Below are positions 40,294 to 52,506 of a stretch of 64,000 nucleotides of DNA, one piece after another. Location: positions 16,988,001-17,052,000 of the forward strand of contig OZ024741.1 of the NCBI GenBank assembly GCA_964016885.1. The letters are read 5' to 3'. Each line of letters starts with the position of its first letter. Position 1 is the first letter of the stretch. The stretch comes from Eledone cirrhosa. Taxonomy: Eukaryota. Below the pieces are notes generated by a model that saw nothing but the letters and a program-made list of their open reading frames with translations, was not told the DNA's origin and searched no databases. Position numbers and translations under genes: made by a program.

Positions 40294-42129
40294 ATGGCGG
40301 AAAAGATGGCAGACATGTCTGCCATTAGCTCTGCCACGCCCCCCAAGTCTGAAGAACAAAAAATAATTACAACAAAATTAGACATTGAAACAAACAAACA
40401 AAATGAAAAAACAAATGTTAAGGAAAATGAGCAAACAGAAAACAAACAAACAGAAAATAATACAAATAACGACAGGGCAACTTTCGCCCAGAAAACAAAG
40501 CAATCCATTACATACACACCAATTGACCTAACTGCCGCCAGAGAAAAACTGGCCGAAGCAAAGAAACATATTGTTTTGGGAGAGAACGGAATGTTTTCCA
40601 TTAACTCCCCCCCAGAATTCAAGAAAGCCAGAGAAGAAAACACAGTTATATACAGAACTATACTAAACCAGTCAAGAAAGCCAGCACAGCCCAGCCAAAT
40701 GGAAATAGAGTTAGTCCTAAAAGACTATATGAAGAATATTCTCTTCATACGAAAGGACCGACTCTATGGCAGCATTTCGGTCCTAACAAGAGACAAAGAA
40801 ACGGCGGTTCAGCTTTCCCTAAGCCCACTCTCGTCGACAACATATAGCTTCTATCCCTCCTACATGGGTAGAAGAACACAGAGGGTAAAAGTAAAAACAA
40901 TGCTGCCCACAATGGACTTCTGGTGGGCTATTGCTGGCTTCATTGATATGGGCGAAGACACTATGCTGTCAATGGGGAAGGCAACTGGAGATGCGTTCCT
41001 GGGAATGGGCCTCGACATACTAGTCCAAATGAGGCCCGAAAGAATAGCACAAATCCCGGATCGCATCTGGCTGGATGACCTTACCCCAATAGACATAATT
41101 GTAGAGGGGAGAAGACCAGCATGCTATTTATGCATGGAAAGGGGACACGTTAAGGCTAACTGCCCGAAACGTATCCCCCAAAAAGGACTATTGCCCACAC
41201 CCACCACAAACAGTACACCAGCACCACCCACCTCCAAAAATACACTAATACCACACACAGCAAACAAAATACAGACACCACCAACCACAAACACAACACA
41301 AACATCACCACCACCAGCACCAAACACAAGCACGACACAAAAATCACCACCACCAACCACAACACAAACATCACCACCACCATTACCAACCACAAGCACG
41401 ACACAAACATTACCACCACCACCACCACAAAACCCATTCCAAACAAATAATAAAAAAAACAGTAACAAATCTACCCCTCCCGCAAAAAAAAAACAACCAC
41501 ACAACACGTCCCTCCCACCTAGCGCTGAAGAGTTTCCCCCAACTTCTGAAGAAGAAGGAGGAGAAGCCTTCAGACAAGTTAAAAGAAAAAAAAGAAAACA
41601 CACACCCAGCACACCACAAATAACCCACACACAAACACCAACTCCAATCAAAAACACCCCACCCTCAACAAACAAAAATAAATCTGCGCCTCCCCTCTCC
41701 GAAACATTGACAGCATCACAAAAAAAGACGTTGCAATACACATATATAAATAAAGAAAACAAAAAACTGGTTAAATTAATAAACAATAACCCTATGGTGC
41801 AGACCGAAGGGCCAAACTTTATCTCAACAGAGAACTTCACCCATTTAAAAATGATAAAGGTCCCTCTGGACCTTTATCGTTCCTTAAAAGAACAATTTAG
41901 ACGGGACGTGAGCCCCCCCTGTTTAAAACCGTTGAATCGCGTCCTCTTGAAAGATTTCCCCATAACCGCCCCTCTCCCTGACACAACTCCAAATACCCCA
42001 ACCCCACCACACACGTGTACCCCCACACCACCACAAAACATCCCTCCACCCAACACACCTGATGCCATGGAAATTACGCAACCCGGAGAGGTAAGTGCTT
42101 TTCTTTCTTCACTTTCAACACCAAAATAG
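40294..42129 (+). CDS. LINE ORF1 (gag-like nucleic-acid-binding protein), 611 aa from the first ATG
   Basis: CCHC zinc knuckle CYLCMERGHVKANC preceded by 'IIVEGRRPAC' (Tx1/L1-type ORF1), Pro/Thr-rich tail, basic patch KRKKRK. First ATG at 40294; the ORF track begins at an upstream TTG. Confidence 0.88.
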   Translation: MAEKMADMSAISSATPPKSEEQKIITTKLDIETNKQNEKTNVKENEQTENKQTENNTNNDRATFAQKTKQSITYTPIDLTAAREKLAEAKKHIVLGENGMFSINSPPEFKKAREENTVIYRTILNQSRKPAQPSQMEIELVLKDYMKNILFIRKDRLYGSISVLTRDKETAVQLSLSPLSSTTYSFYPSYMGRRTQRVKVKTMLPTMDFWWAIAGFIDMGEDTMLSMGKATGDAFLGMGLDILVQMRPERIAQIPDRIWLDDLTPIDIIVEGRRPACYLCMERGHVKANCPKRIPQKGLLPTPTTNSTPAPPTSKNTLIPHTANKIQTPPTTNTTQTSPPPAPNTSTTQKSPPPTTTQTSPPPLPTTSTTQTLPPPPPQNPFQTNNKKNSNKSTPPAKKKQPHNTSLPPSAEEFPPTSEEEGGEAFRQVKRKKRKHTPSTPQITHTQTPTPIKNTPPSTNKNKSAPPLSETLTASQKKTLQYTYINKENKKLVKLINNNPMVQTEGPNFISTENFTHLKMIKVPLDLYRSLKEQFRRDVSPPCLKPLNRVLLKDFPITAPLPDTTPNTPTPPHTCTPTPPQNIPPPNTPDAMEITQPGEVSAFLSSLSTPK

Positions 42130-42134
42130 ATCAA

Positions 42135-45100
42135 TTGAGAGTTGGCTGTTTGAACGCGCGTGGCCTGAGCTCAGCTTGGAAGCAAGCAAAGCTTCTAAGT
42201 GACCTCAGGTCACAAAGTATAGATGTGATGGTTGTTTGCGAGAGTCGGATCAGCAGCGTGAGACAGCTGGCGCCCGCCTTCGATGACTTTGAGATGCACG
42301 CATCTCTCTGTCAACCCGGAGGCGGGGGGGGAGTTGCCGTACTGCTGGATAAACGTCTAACTCTCGACGTACAGATTGTTCACTCGGACCCGGGGGGTCG
42401 ATTACTGGTGCTGGACGTCGGAGGTGGTGAAGGCGGGGCTTTCAGACTGGTCGGTCTTTATGCTCCCTTCGGGGCGGAGAGAGCCGACTTCTTCCAACGT
42501 CTGGAGACTTTTCTAGGAACGTCGCGTTCCCTGCTTTTAGTGGGGGACTGGAATGGAATCCTAGATGCGCGTTGGGACTATGCAGGGGCATGTCCCGATA
42601 GAGGGGGGTGTAGCAGCCTCAAGGGGTTACTCGATCGATTCGACCTGGTCGATAGATTTCGACTAGATTGTCCAACTGCGCCAACCTGGACCTGGGCAAA
42701 CCGCAGTGGACAATCTAGATCGTACCTAGATAGGTTTTTGGTTAGGAGTAAGGATAGGGACGTATTTAGTTGTCCAGAACTGATCATGGTTGGCTATTCA
42801 GATCACAAATTAGTGACCTGCGTGGTCAACCTTGATAGAACGCATAGACAGGGTCCCGGTTACTGGAAGATGAACTTGTCCTTACCGACAAAGAAAGATT
42901 ACAGAAACCGGATTAGTAGCTTAGTTAAGATGCGGTTGACGGGAGCGATCGTCAACAGTAGGTGGTGGATATCTCTAAAGAGAGAGATTAGAGTAAGTTC
43001 GATAGGTTACAGTAAGGAACTAGCGGCGAATAGAAATAGGAGGGAAAGGGAGTTAACAGATAAACTAGAAGAGGCGATTAGGAGCGGAGACGTAGCCAGA
43101 GTGTTAGCGACGAGAACGGCATTGAGCCAGTTCTTTGACACGAAGCACGAAGGCTGCGTTGTCCGAAGTAAAATACGTGCTTTAGGAAACGAGGGGACCA
43201 AAGCTGTTAGCTGGGCCCGCGTGACAGAAGCCAAGAGTGGGATTAAATCCACCATTCGGTCTTTGCGAGACCAGGATGGACGGGTGATCCTTGAACCTGA
43301 GCGAATGTGCGAGACCTTTCAAAGGCACTTTGCTCGACTGTTCGGAGGTGGCGGGGGGCCGGACGGGGATGTGGACTTCGGTCCATACCTCGACGGTCTA
43401 CCGCGTCTTTCGAGCGGCGAAGCGGAGTGCTGCGAAGGGCCAATCACAGCCACTGAAATCGGGGAAGCGCTCAGCCAATGCAGCAGACGCAAATCCCCGG
43501 GTCTCGATGGTCTACCATACGAACTTTATTTAGCTATGCCGGTCTTGTTCTCCGAACTCCTCGAGGCTGTCTATTGCAACTGGCAACAGAACGGGAGAAT
43601 TCCCTGTTCTGTGACCAAGGGCGTGGTCACGCTAGTGAGGAAGGACGAGAGCAAGGGGGACGACTTAAGTAACTTTAGGCCCATAACTCTGCTGAATGCA
43701 GAGTTACAGATTTTGGCCAAGGTGTTGGCGAAGAGGTTGGCGCTTGTGGTGGGTGGTTTGGTGGGAGACGCGCAGACATGCGCTATCCCGTCCAGGTCCA
43801 TTCACGACAACCTCCACCTCATGCGATACATCATAGAGAGGGTTGGCTACGAACCCGGCTTTGGTGGGGCCCTGATCAACTTGGATCAATCTAAGGCGTT
43901 CGATAGGGTCGACCATGGTTACCTGGATGCGGTGCTAGCGGCGGCGGGCTTCGGACCCGTTTTCAGGGGCTGGATTTCTGCCATGCACAGTGGCAACATC
44001 TACTCTAGGATTAAAGTAAACGGCTACCTCTCGGAGCCGTTTCAAATCACCCGATCCATCAGACAGGGGTGCCCCCTCTCCTCCCTTCTGTACGTATTGA
44101 CTCTCGAGCCACTGCTGCGGAAGTTGGAGTTGCTGCGGGGCATACCCCTGGAACCGGGATTGCACAAAGCGGTCTCGGCCTATGCCGACGACGTAACAGT
44201 AATGGTGGCGGACGCCTCGGAAATCGGGGCGATCGCCACCCTACTGGAGGAATACGAAAGGCTGACGGGGGCTAAGCTGAACCAGGACAAGTCAGTCGGT
44301 TTGCAACTCGGAACGTGGAGGGGCAAACCGATGCCGTTAGACGGTGTCGTCGGGCGGTGGACGGAGGGCCCGGTGAAGCTGCTCGGGGTCTGGTTCGGAC
44401 CGGACCTCCAGGTGGAGAAGAATTGGGGCGAGGTGACGAGCAGGGTGTTTGCGCTGACCCAGAAGTGGGCCAAGTGCAAACTATCACTGAAAGGTCGGGC
44501 GGAGGTGACGAACGCTTACATAGCGTCCGTCATCTACTACCGCCTGACCGTCGTGCCTTGCCCCAAGGAAAAGCTCACCATCATGGAACGCATGCTCTTC
44601 CAGTTCCTCTGGAAGAAGCGGCCTCCCATGGTGAGGAGATCCATCTGCTGCCAGCACCCTTCGAAAGGAGGGCTGGGTATGCCGTGGCTGTTGATGCGTA
44701 GGCACGCATTGAGGCTACGGCATCTACAGGTATTCCTCAACGGTCAGCCGGTGTGGGCCCCGTTTGTGAGGCGAGCCTTCCCACAGCTCGTCTCGCTCAC
44801 CGAACTGCAATCCTGGGTGAAGCAAAGACCGAGAAAACTGGGCAACTGGCACACTGAGTGTGCCCAGGCGCTCACGGCTATCTGGCAAGCGGACCCGACT
44901 GTCAGTGGAGAATCCACCTCAACATTCTATAGAGGGTTGGTGGCTAGCAGGGGCGACGACACCCTTGGAGAGTCGCTAGGCATGGAGGAGGACGAACTGG
45001 CCAGCCTGTTCGGTAGAACTTTCGGCCCGGGACCCATGGACAACTTCCAGAGGTCCCTAGCCTGGCAGTGTTACCGGGGGGCTCTGCCCGTTCGAGAAAA

Positions 45101-45563
45101 GCTCTACAGACACGGGCGCCCGGGCAGGGATCCCGCGAAAAAGATCTGTCCCAGATGCGTGCGCGACGAGGAAACCGTTGCGCATGCACTGGTACACTGC
45201 CCGGGCGTTGCCGATCTGTGGGGCTACGTCGAACGACTGCTGTCGCGTGTGGCGCCGATTCGATTAACCGCCGAGTCTGTGGTGAACATCAAGCCGCCTC
45301 CTCCCTTCAGAAATGAAGCAGAGGCGGTCTTTCTGTGCGTAATAGCCATGATGAAAGAGGTTGTGTGGTGGACGCGCCTGAAAGGTCTGAGGTCGGGTGA
45401 CTTTCTCTCCGGCCATCACCTGGTTTACTTCTTCCGATACCACTTCGGAAGAAGAATCAGGATGGAGAGAGAAGTGCTTGGTCCCAGACAGTTTTATGAA
45501 AGGTGGGTGAAAGAAGCGAGAATGGCCCGTGTAAATGGGCCTTCTCTCTACATTGTTCTGTAG
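42135..45563 (+). CDS. LINE ORF2: APE endonuclease + reverse transcriptase + C-terminal Cys/His domain (1142 codons)
   Basis: EN motifs CLNARG, VCE, GDWN, YLDRF and SDH; RT motifs KSPGLDG, NFRPITLLN, DQSKAFDRVDH, RQGCPLS and YADD; C-terminal CPRC...ETVAHALVHC. No stops or frameshifts. Confidence 0.96.
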   Translation: MRVGCLNARGLSSAWKQAKLLSDLRSQSIDVMVVCESRISSVRQLAPAFDDFEMHASLCQPGGGGGVAVLLDKRLTLDVQIVHSDPGGRLLVLDVGGGEGGAFRLVGLYAPFGAERADFFQRLETFLGTSRSLLLVGDWNGILDARWDYAGACPDRGGCSSLKGLLDRFDLVDRFRLDCPTAPTWTWANRSGQSRSYLDRFLVRSKDRDVFSCPELIMVGYSDHKLVTCVVNLDRTHRQGPGYWKMNLSLPTKKDYRNRISSLVKMRLTGAIVNSRWWISLKREIRVSSIGYSKELAANRNRRERELTDKLEEAIRSGDVARVLATRTALSQFFDTKHEGCVVRSKIRALGNEGTKAVSWARVTEAKSGIKSTIRSLRDQDGRVILEPERMCETFQRHFARLFGGGGGPDGDVDFGPYLDGLPRLSSGEAECCEGPITATEIGEALSQCSRRKSPGLDGLPYELYLAMPVLFSELLEAVYCNWQQNGRIPCSVTKGVVTLVRKDESKGDDLSNFRPITLLNAELQILAKVLAKRLALVVGGLVGDAQTCAIPSRSIHDNLHLMRYIIERVGYEPGFGGALINLDQSKAFDRVDHGYLDAVLAAAGFGPVFRGWISAMHSGNIYSRIKVNGYLSEPFQITRSIRQGCPLSSLLYVLTLEPLLRKLELLRGIPLEPGLHKAVSAYADDVTVMVADASEIGAIATLLEEYERLTGAKLNQDKSVGLQLGTWRGKPMPLDGVVGRWTEGPVKLLGVWFGPDLQVEKNWGEVTSRVFALTQKWAKCKLSLKGRAEVTNAYIASVIYYRLTVVPCPKEKLTIMERMLFQFLWKKRPPMVRRSICCQHPSKGGLGMPWLLMRRHALRLRHLQVFLNGQPVWAPFVRRAFPQLVSLTELQSWVKQRPRKLGNWHTECAQALTAIWQADPTVSGESTSTFYRGLVASRGDDTLGESLGMEEDELASLFGRTFGPGPMDNFQRSLAWQCYRGALPVREKLYRHGRPGRDPAKKICPRCVRDEETVAHALVHCPGVADLWGYVERLLSRVAPIRLTAESVVNIKPPPPFRNEAEAVFLCVIAMMKEVVWWTRLKGLRSGDFLSGHHLVYFFRYHFGRRIRMEREVLGPRQFYERWVKEARMARVNGPSLYIVL

Positions 45564-45924
45564 GTGAAGAAGTGAAGAGGAAAGGGGGAGCGCCTCCTCT
45601 CTGGGCTTCCCCCGCGAAAAGAGTTGCACACTTTTCGGGGGTATGTGCAATCCCCAACACGCCCCCTCCCTTTTGAGGACTTTTTATTGTTATATTATTA
45701 TTGTTATTCCTTTTTTCTTTACTCGATTTATGTAAACTCCCCCACTGTGTAAATGTCCCCTTCTTTTGTGCCCTCGTGGCAAATAAATAGAAATTTATCT
45801 ATCTATATCTATCTATCTATCTATCTATCTCTCTCTCTATATATATATATATATGTATATATATATAAGTATGTATACGTACATACAGACGTAAAATTTC
45901 ATTTTTTCCATGTATATATATACA

Positions 45925-46968
45925 GGAGAGATGACCCCTTAGGCTTTGTCAAGGCAGAATTCTAGGAGAAGGAAAACTCTGATATAACACCTGCAACCCT
46001 GATGGTATCCAATGATGTTGACTTGTTCTTCTTTTTGGTAAATATCATCTTGGTTAAGAGAGTGGGACTGGCTTTGTGCAGTGCCTTTGCTCACTATAAA
46101 AGCTTCACGGCACAGGCATTGCTTTATATCTGGAGATCTCTCTGCACTTGTCGTCACATGGTACCATGGGCCCAGCACTATGTGTCAATAATTGTCACAA
46201 GTGTAGTGTTTGTACCAGAGTTTTCAAGTCGCTGGCTGGACTAAAAAGTCACACTCGTTCAGCGCATCGGTAGGGGTTCTCCTACATGAATATAAAGTAG
46301 TGGCCGTACTCGAAAATGAGTTGGCAGCCACCATGTATGTATGTATGTATGTATGTATGTCAGGTCACCAGTTGGTGCTACTGGTAACATGTATCCCAGT
46401 ACAACCTGTTTCATGGTCGGGTCGTTGGCGACTAAACTGGCAACCCCACCAAGGTTTCTTGGTGAGGAGGGTGACTTTGGACATCCTGCAGGACTAAAAA
46501 CAAAACCTGTCAAAGGACAAAGGAGCTCTTAAGAGTCAATGGCCATCCAAAATCACCGGGAGAGATGACCCCTTAGCCTTTATCAAGGCAGAATTCTAGG
46601 AGAAGGAAAACTCTGATATAACACCTGCAACCCTGATGGTATCCAATGATGTTGACTTGTTCTTTTTGGTAAATATCATCTTGGTTAAGAGAGTGGGACT
46701 GACCTTGTGCAGTGCCTTTGCTCACTATAAAAGCTTCACTGCACTGGCATTGCTTTATATCTGGAGATCTCTCTGCACTTGTCATCACATGGTATCATGG
46801 GCCCAGCACTATGTGTCAATAATTGTCACAAGTGTAGTGTTTATACCAGAGTTTTCAAGTCGCTGGCTGGACTAAAAAGTCACACTCGTTCAGCACCGCA
46901 TCGGTAGGAGTTCTCCTACATGGATATAAAGTAGTAGCCGTACTCGAAAACGAGTTGGCAGCCACCAT
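45925..46968 (+). mobile_element. Tandem short + long copies of the same family
   Basis: 45925-46334 and 46359-46968, separated by (ATGT)n. Confidence 0.78.
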
Positions 46969-46974
46969 ATAAAC

Positions 46975-47019
<45 letters not shown>

Positions 47020-47029
47020 ATATATAATT

Positions 47030-47783
47030 ATTAAAATAACAGATTAAAGTTTAAGCAAAGAATCGCTGCTTTCACCCTTAACGGGATCTTTTGAAACTAA
47101 CAAAGTCAATCTGTAAACGCAGAAGTGGATATTTCAAAAAACGTTGCAACCGGAGGAAGACAGGAAGACGATACTTTGGTTCGTGGAAACGTTCCCTGGC
47201 AAAGAACGGGAAAAAACGAATATAATACGTCATTAATAGGAGCGGTGAAAAACAATTACACGCAAAGACAAAACCACGTTTAGGGTATAAAAGAAGTCGT
47301 AGACTAATGTTTTCTTAGGTGGTTCATGGAGACGTTCTCTGGCAATGAACGGAAAAAACGAAGATAATACGTCATATGTGGAGCGGGGAGAACAATTACA
47401 CGCAAAGACAAAACCACGTAAATGGTATAACTGAAGTCGTAGACTAAAATTCTAACTAGGAAACCGAATGAATCTCCGCTTCAGAGTTAAGAATAAAGTA
47501 AATACAATACAGAGGTAATTGAAATTAAATAAATAGATACACGCATCGATATACGTACATACACAAGCATACGCGAGAACACTTGCCATAGGTATACAAA
47601 ATCGCGCACATATAAATATGCGTGTGTGCGTGTATACAAATAAATAAAGATCCCGTTAAGGGTGAAAGCAGCGATTCTTTGCTTAAACTTTAATCTGTTA
47701 TTTTCATAAATATTTGCTCTACGGCTCTTATATATTTGATATATATTTATCCTTATCGAGCCCTCGTTGGATTTTATTATTAT

Positions 47784-47790
<7 letters not shown>
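47030..47790. repeat. Repeat-family fragment with inverted ends (related copies at 19850-20060 and 62310-62690)
   Basis: aaaataacagattaaagtttaagcaaagaatcgctgctttcacccttaacgggatctt occurs in both orientations; bounded by (TA)n. Confidence 0.75.
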
Positions 47791-47820
<30 letters not shown>

Positions 47821-48641
47821 CATACATACGCGCACGCATAAATATAAATATATATATATATATATTTATTTATATATATATAAATTCAAATACTCAACAA
47901 ACACAAATGCATACTCACTGGCACTTACAAAATCACACATACACATACAAAATCACAGACACACACACACACACACACATACACATACACACACAGGCAG
48001 ACAGGCAGACAGACAGAGAAATGCGTAAGTATGCGTGGAAATGTCAAAGTGTTGAGAGTAAATGTGCCAGTTTAACCCCCAATTAAGAGATCAAGGTCGC
48101 AGGTTCGACTCCTCCCCTTATTTCCGACCCCGTGGGGGAAATAACACTACTTCTCTTGGCTGTAACTTCCTAAATATATTACCATCATCATCGTTATCAT
48201 CATCATCATTATCATCAACATCATCCTCATCCTCCTCATCATCATCACCATCAACATCACTATCAACAACATCATCACCACCACCCCTACCACCACCATC
48301 ATCATCACCACCACTATCACCAACATCCCCCTCCTCCCCATCATCATCATCACCATCATCATCACCATCATTACCACTATTACCAAGGAAGAGGTCTTAG
48401 TAGAAGCCACATCCGTCAACATTTCTGCAGATTCTAAGGTTAACTACGTAATTGAACCCCACCCCACCGCGCCCCTACCCCACATCTACACCCACCACCA
48501 TCCCACACCCACCCACAGTCTATCATGTTGTCCCACTGACCCCCTATATACACACGTTCACATACACACATATATACACATACATATATATATATATATA
48601 CATTTATACATGCAACATTCATATATATATATATACCTTTC

Positions 48642-48681
<40 letters not shown>

Positions 48682-48684
48682 ATA

Positions 48685-48787
<103 letters not shown>

Positions 48788-49147
48788 GTATGTATATATA
48801 TATATATATGTATGTATATATATATATATATATATGTATATATGTGTATGTATATATGTATATATATGTATATATGTATATATGTATATATGTATATATG
48901 TATATATATGTATATATGTATATATGTATATATGTATATATATGTATATTTGTATATATATGTATATATATATGTGTATGTATATATGTATATATGTATA
49001 TATGTATGTATATATGTGTATGTGTATGTATCTATGTATGTATGTGAATGCGTGCAGTTATGTGATGCTGTGTGTTTATGTAAGCCTATATATATACACA
49101 CACATATATACATATATATATATACATATATATATATACCCACATAT

Positions 49148-49238
<91 letters not shown>

Positions 49239-49569
49239 TACATATATACATACATATATATATATACACAGACATACATTGAAGAGGGTCAGGACAACAA
49301 CAACAAAGGAAAGATTATTAAAATAACAAATATATTAATGGTAACCCCTTCCTTCCCCCCAATAGTAACCCCTTCCTCCTCCTCCCCCGGCCCCTAAACC
49401 CCTTAACAAAAGGGGTCAGTGAGGGGTAGCCCTAGGGGCTGGGAAACTCTATGAGGTAACTTATCTATGTGAACCACTGCTACATATCTTTAACTGACCT
49501 TATTAAGGGGTTTCATAACAGGAATTATAATAGCTCCTTAATTAGGGGCGATCTTAGTAGGGATCATAG

Positions 49570-50600
49570 GTTGGTGGTGGTGGTGGTGGTGGTGGTGGTG
49601 GTGGTGGTGGTGGTGGTACTGGTGGTGGTGGTGGTGGTGGTGGTGGTGGTGGTACTGGTGGTGGTGGTGGTGGTGGTGGTGGTGATGGTGGTGGTGGTGG
49701 TGGTGGTGGTACTGGTGGTGGTGGTGGTGGTGGTGGTGGTGGTGGTGATGGTGGTGGTACTGGTGGTGGTGGTGGTGGTGGTGGTGGTGGTGGTGATGGT
49801 GGTAGTGGTGGTGGTGATGGTGGTGGTGGTGGTGGTGGTGGTGTTGGTGGTGGTGGTGGTGGTGCTGGTGGTGGTGGTGGTGGTGGTGTTGGTGGTGGTG
49901 ATGGTGGTGGTACTGGTGGTGGTGGTGGTGGTGGTGGTGATGGTGGTGGTGGTGGTGGTGATGGTGGTGGTGGTGGTGGTGGTGTTGGTGGTGGTGGTGG
50001 TGGTGATGATGGTGGTGTTGGTGGTGGTAGTGGTGGTGATGGTGGTGGTGGTGGTGGTGGTGATGGTGGTGATGGTGGTGGTGGTGATGGTGGTGGGAGT
50101 GGTGGTGGTGGTGATGGTGGTGGTGGTGGTGGTGGTGGTGGTGTTGGTGGTGGTGGTGATGGTGGTGGTGGTGGTGGTGGTGGTGTTGGTGGTGGTGGTG
50201 GCTGTGGTGGTGATGGTGATGGTGGTGGTGGTGGTGTTGGTGGTGGTGGTGGTGGTGGTGGTGGTGGTGGTGGTGGTGGTGATGGTGGTGGTGGTGGTGA
50301 TGGTGGTGGCGGTGGTGGTGGTGGTGATGGTGGTGGTGGTGGTCGTCGTGGTGGTGATGGTGGTGGTGATGATGGTGGTGCGGTGGTAGTTGTGCTGGTG
50401 GTGGTGGTGGTGGTGGTGGTAGTTGTGCTGGTGGTGGTGGTGGTGGTGGTGGTAGTTGTGCTGGTGGTGGTCGTGGTCGTGGTGGTAGTTGTGCTGGTGG
50501 TGGTGGTGGTGGTGGTAGTTGTGCTGGTGTTGGTCGTGGTCGTGGTGGTAGTTGTGCTGGTGGTGGTGGTGGTCGTGGTGGTGATGGTGGTGATGGTGGG
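49570..50600. repeat. (GGT)n triplet array; similar arrays at 9445-10180, 52575-53230 and 61383-61965
   Basis: Direct inspection; explains the poly-V/T/H pseudo-ORFs. Confidence 0.97.
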
Positions 50601-50825
50601 GCGGAGGGGGGGGGGGTGTACTGGTACTGGTGACCATGGAGATCATGATGCAAAGACACATTAAAACAAACTCGGTTAATCCTGTATTGCATGTGAACAG
50701 ATATGTATTTAACATCTGTCTGTTTGTATCTATGTGTGTATGTGTGTGTATGTGTGTGTATGTGTGGGTGTATGCATGCATATATATATTTATATATATA
50801 TATATAAGTGAAGACTCATATATGT

Positions 50826-51140
50826 ATGGTTTAGTGATTAGAGCGTCGGGCTTACAATCGTGAGGTTGTAAGTTCGATTCTCGGACCGGGCTTTGCGTTG
50901 TGTTCTTAAGCAAGACACTTTATTTCACGTTGCTCCAGTTGACTCAGCTGTAGAAATGAGTTGCGACGTCACTGGTGCCAAACTCCATCTGCCATAACCT
51001 TTCCTTTGGACATCATCGGGGGAGAGGGGGGGGGGGACTGGTATACATGGGTGAGTGCTGGTCTTACATGAACAACCTTGCCCGGACTTGTGCCTCGGAG
51101 GGGATCTTTCTAGGTACAAATCCCATGGTCAATCGTGACT
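50826..51140 (+). mobile_element. CORE-type SINE (family B); another copy at 51375-51515 (-)
   Basis: B box GTTCGATTCT, TGTGTTCTTAAGCAAGACACTTTATTTCACGTTGCTCC, the same head as 14384-14609. Confidence 0.8.
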
Positions 51141-52269
51141 CTATATTTATATAGTTAAAAGAGGTGTGACAACACAGTTGTGATTATACAACGCTAAAAA
51201 ATCTCAGCTCCTGTATTGCCTAAACATGTCTTACACTAACAGAATTTCTTATTAATAATTTGTTGGCATCTATTGTACATAGTATTATTATACTCATCAC
51301 TGTGTAACTATATTGTTTGGCAAGATTATACTATATCTAAAGACTGTCTCAAGCCAGGCTTAAAACCCCCAGCTATTACTGGTACTCATTTTCAGCTGAG
51401 TATACTGGAGCAACGGGAAATGAAGTATTTTGCTCAAGAACACAACACACAACCCAGGAATCGAACCCACGACATTATGAGCGTATGTCCAACACCCTTA
51501 CCACTAGGCCACGCGCTTCTACACACATTATAACATATAATGGGTTAAATAAGATGGTGTAACCCACTAGTGGAAGGGGGTGTGGTGGAGTGGAAGGGCG
51601 TGGGGTGGTGGAGTGGAATGTGGGCGGTGGAACATAGTGTGGTGGTGTAGAGTATTGTGGTGGTACAGTGAAATTGGGTGTGGGGGTGGAGTGTAGAGTG
51701 AAATGGTGTGTGGGGGTGGAGTGGAGTGTGAGGGTGGAGTGTAGAGTGAAATGGTGTATGGGGTGGAGTGGAGTGTGGAATTGGAGTGTAGTTGTGAGAA
51801 TCTGTGATTTGGTGAGAAAGATGTACGGGTGTATATTGTTATAATTTGGTAATGGGAATGGTGTTGATGATGATGATGATGATGATTATGATTATGATGA
51901 TGATGATGATGATGACTTTAATAATAATGTTGATGATAGTGATGATGGTGGTGGTGATGCTGGTAGTGTTGATGGTGATGGTGGAGATGATGATGAAGGG
52001 GTTGTGGTTGTTGGTGGTGGTAGTAGTAGTGGTGGTGATAATGATGATGATGATGATGATGGTGATGGTGGAGGTGATGTGGTTGTTGTTGTTGGTGGTG
52101 GTGATAATGATGATGATCATGATGATGATGATAACTTTAATAATGATGATGATGATGACAGCTATGACAGCAATTATAAATATGAAGGCCATCTTTATAA
52201 ATATAAGTGGGTCCCCCCCACCACAGTGGCTTATCGGTTGGTGCATGTCTTCAAATGTCACACACGCAC

Positions 52270-52506
52270 ACACACAGTGATACACACACACACACACACT
52301 GTCACAGTGATATATACACTGTGACACAATGATACACACACACACACACACACACTGTCACAGTGATATATACACTGTGACACAATGATACACACACACA
52401 CACACACTGTCACAGTGATATATACACTGTGACACAATGACACACACACACACACACACACACTGTCACAGTGATATATACACTGTGACACAATGATACA
52501 CACACA
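52270..52506. repeat. Tandem repeat of a hairpin-forming unit, 4 copies
   Basis: tgtcacagtg-atatata-cactgtgaca separated by (CA)n. Confidence 0.88.

Larger units (their letters stand above)
40092..45795 (+). mobile_element. Full-length, apparently intact L1/Tx1-clade non-LTR retrotransposon inserted in a (TATC)n array
   Basis: ~200-bp 5'UTR, two long uninterrupted ORFs, ~230-bp 3'UTR with AATAAA at 45782-45787. (TATC)n directly flanks both ends (40050-40091 and from 45796). Confidence 0.93.

Noticed and set aside
42088-42129. GAG|GTAAGT donor and pyrimidine tract + TAG suggesting an ORF1-ORF2 splice
   Set aside because: The intron would be only 39 nt, splicing leads to an immediate TGA, and nearby AGs are out of frame with ORF2
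40230-45660. Antisense and alternative-frame ORFs inside the LINE
   Set aside because: Shadows of GC-rich or strand-skewed coding sequence
47160-47200. Hammerhead-like CAGG-AAGACGA...GAAACGTTC-CCTG
   Set aside because: The core reads AAGACGA rather than CUGANGA in all three family copies, and stem II is weak
49469-50913. Poly-V/H/T ORFs (also at 9.4, 34.4, 52.5 and 61.3 kb)
   Set aside because: Triplet microsatellites that lack stop codons by composition
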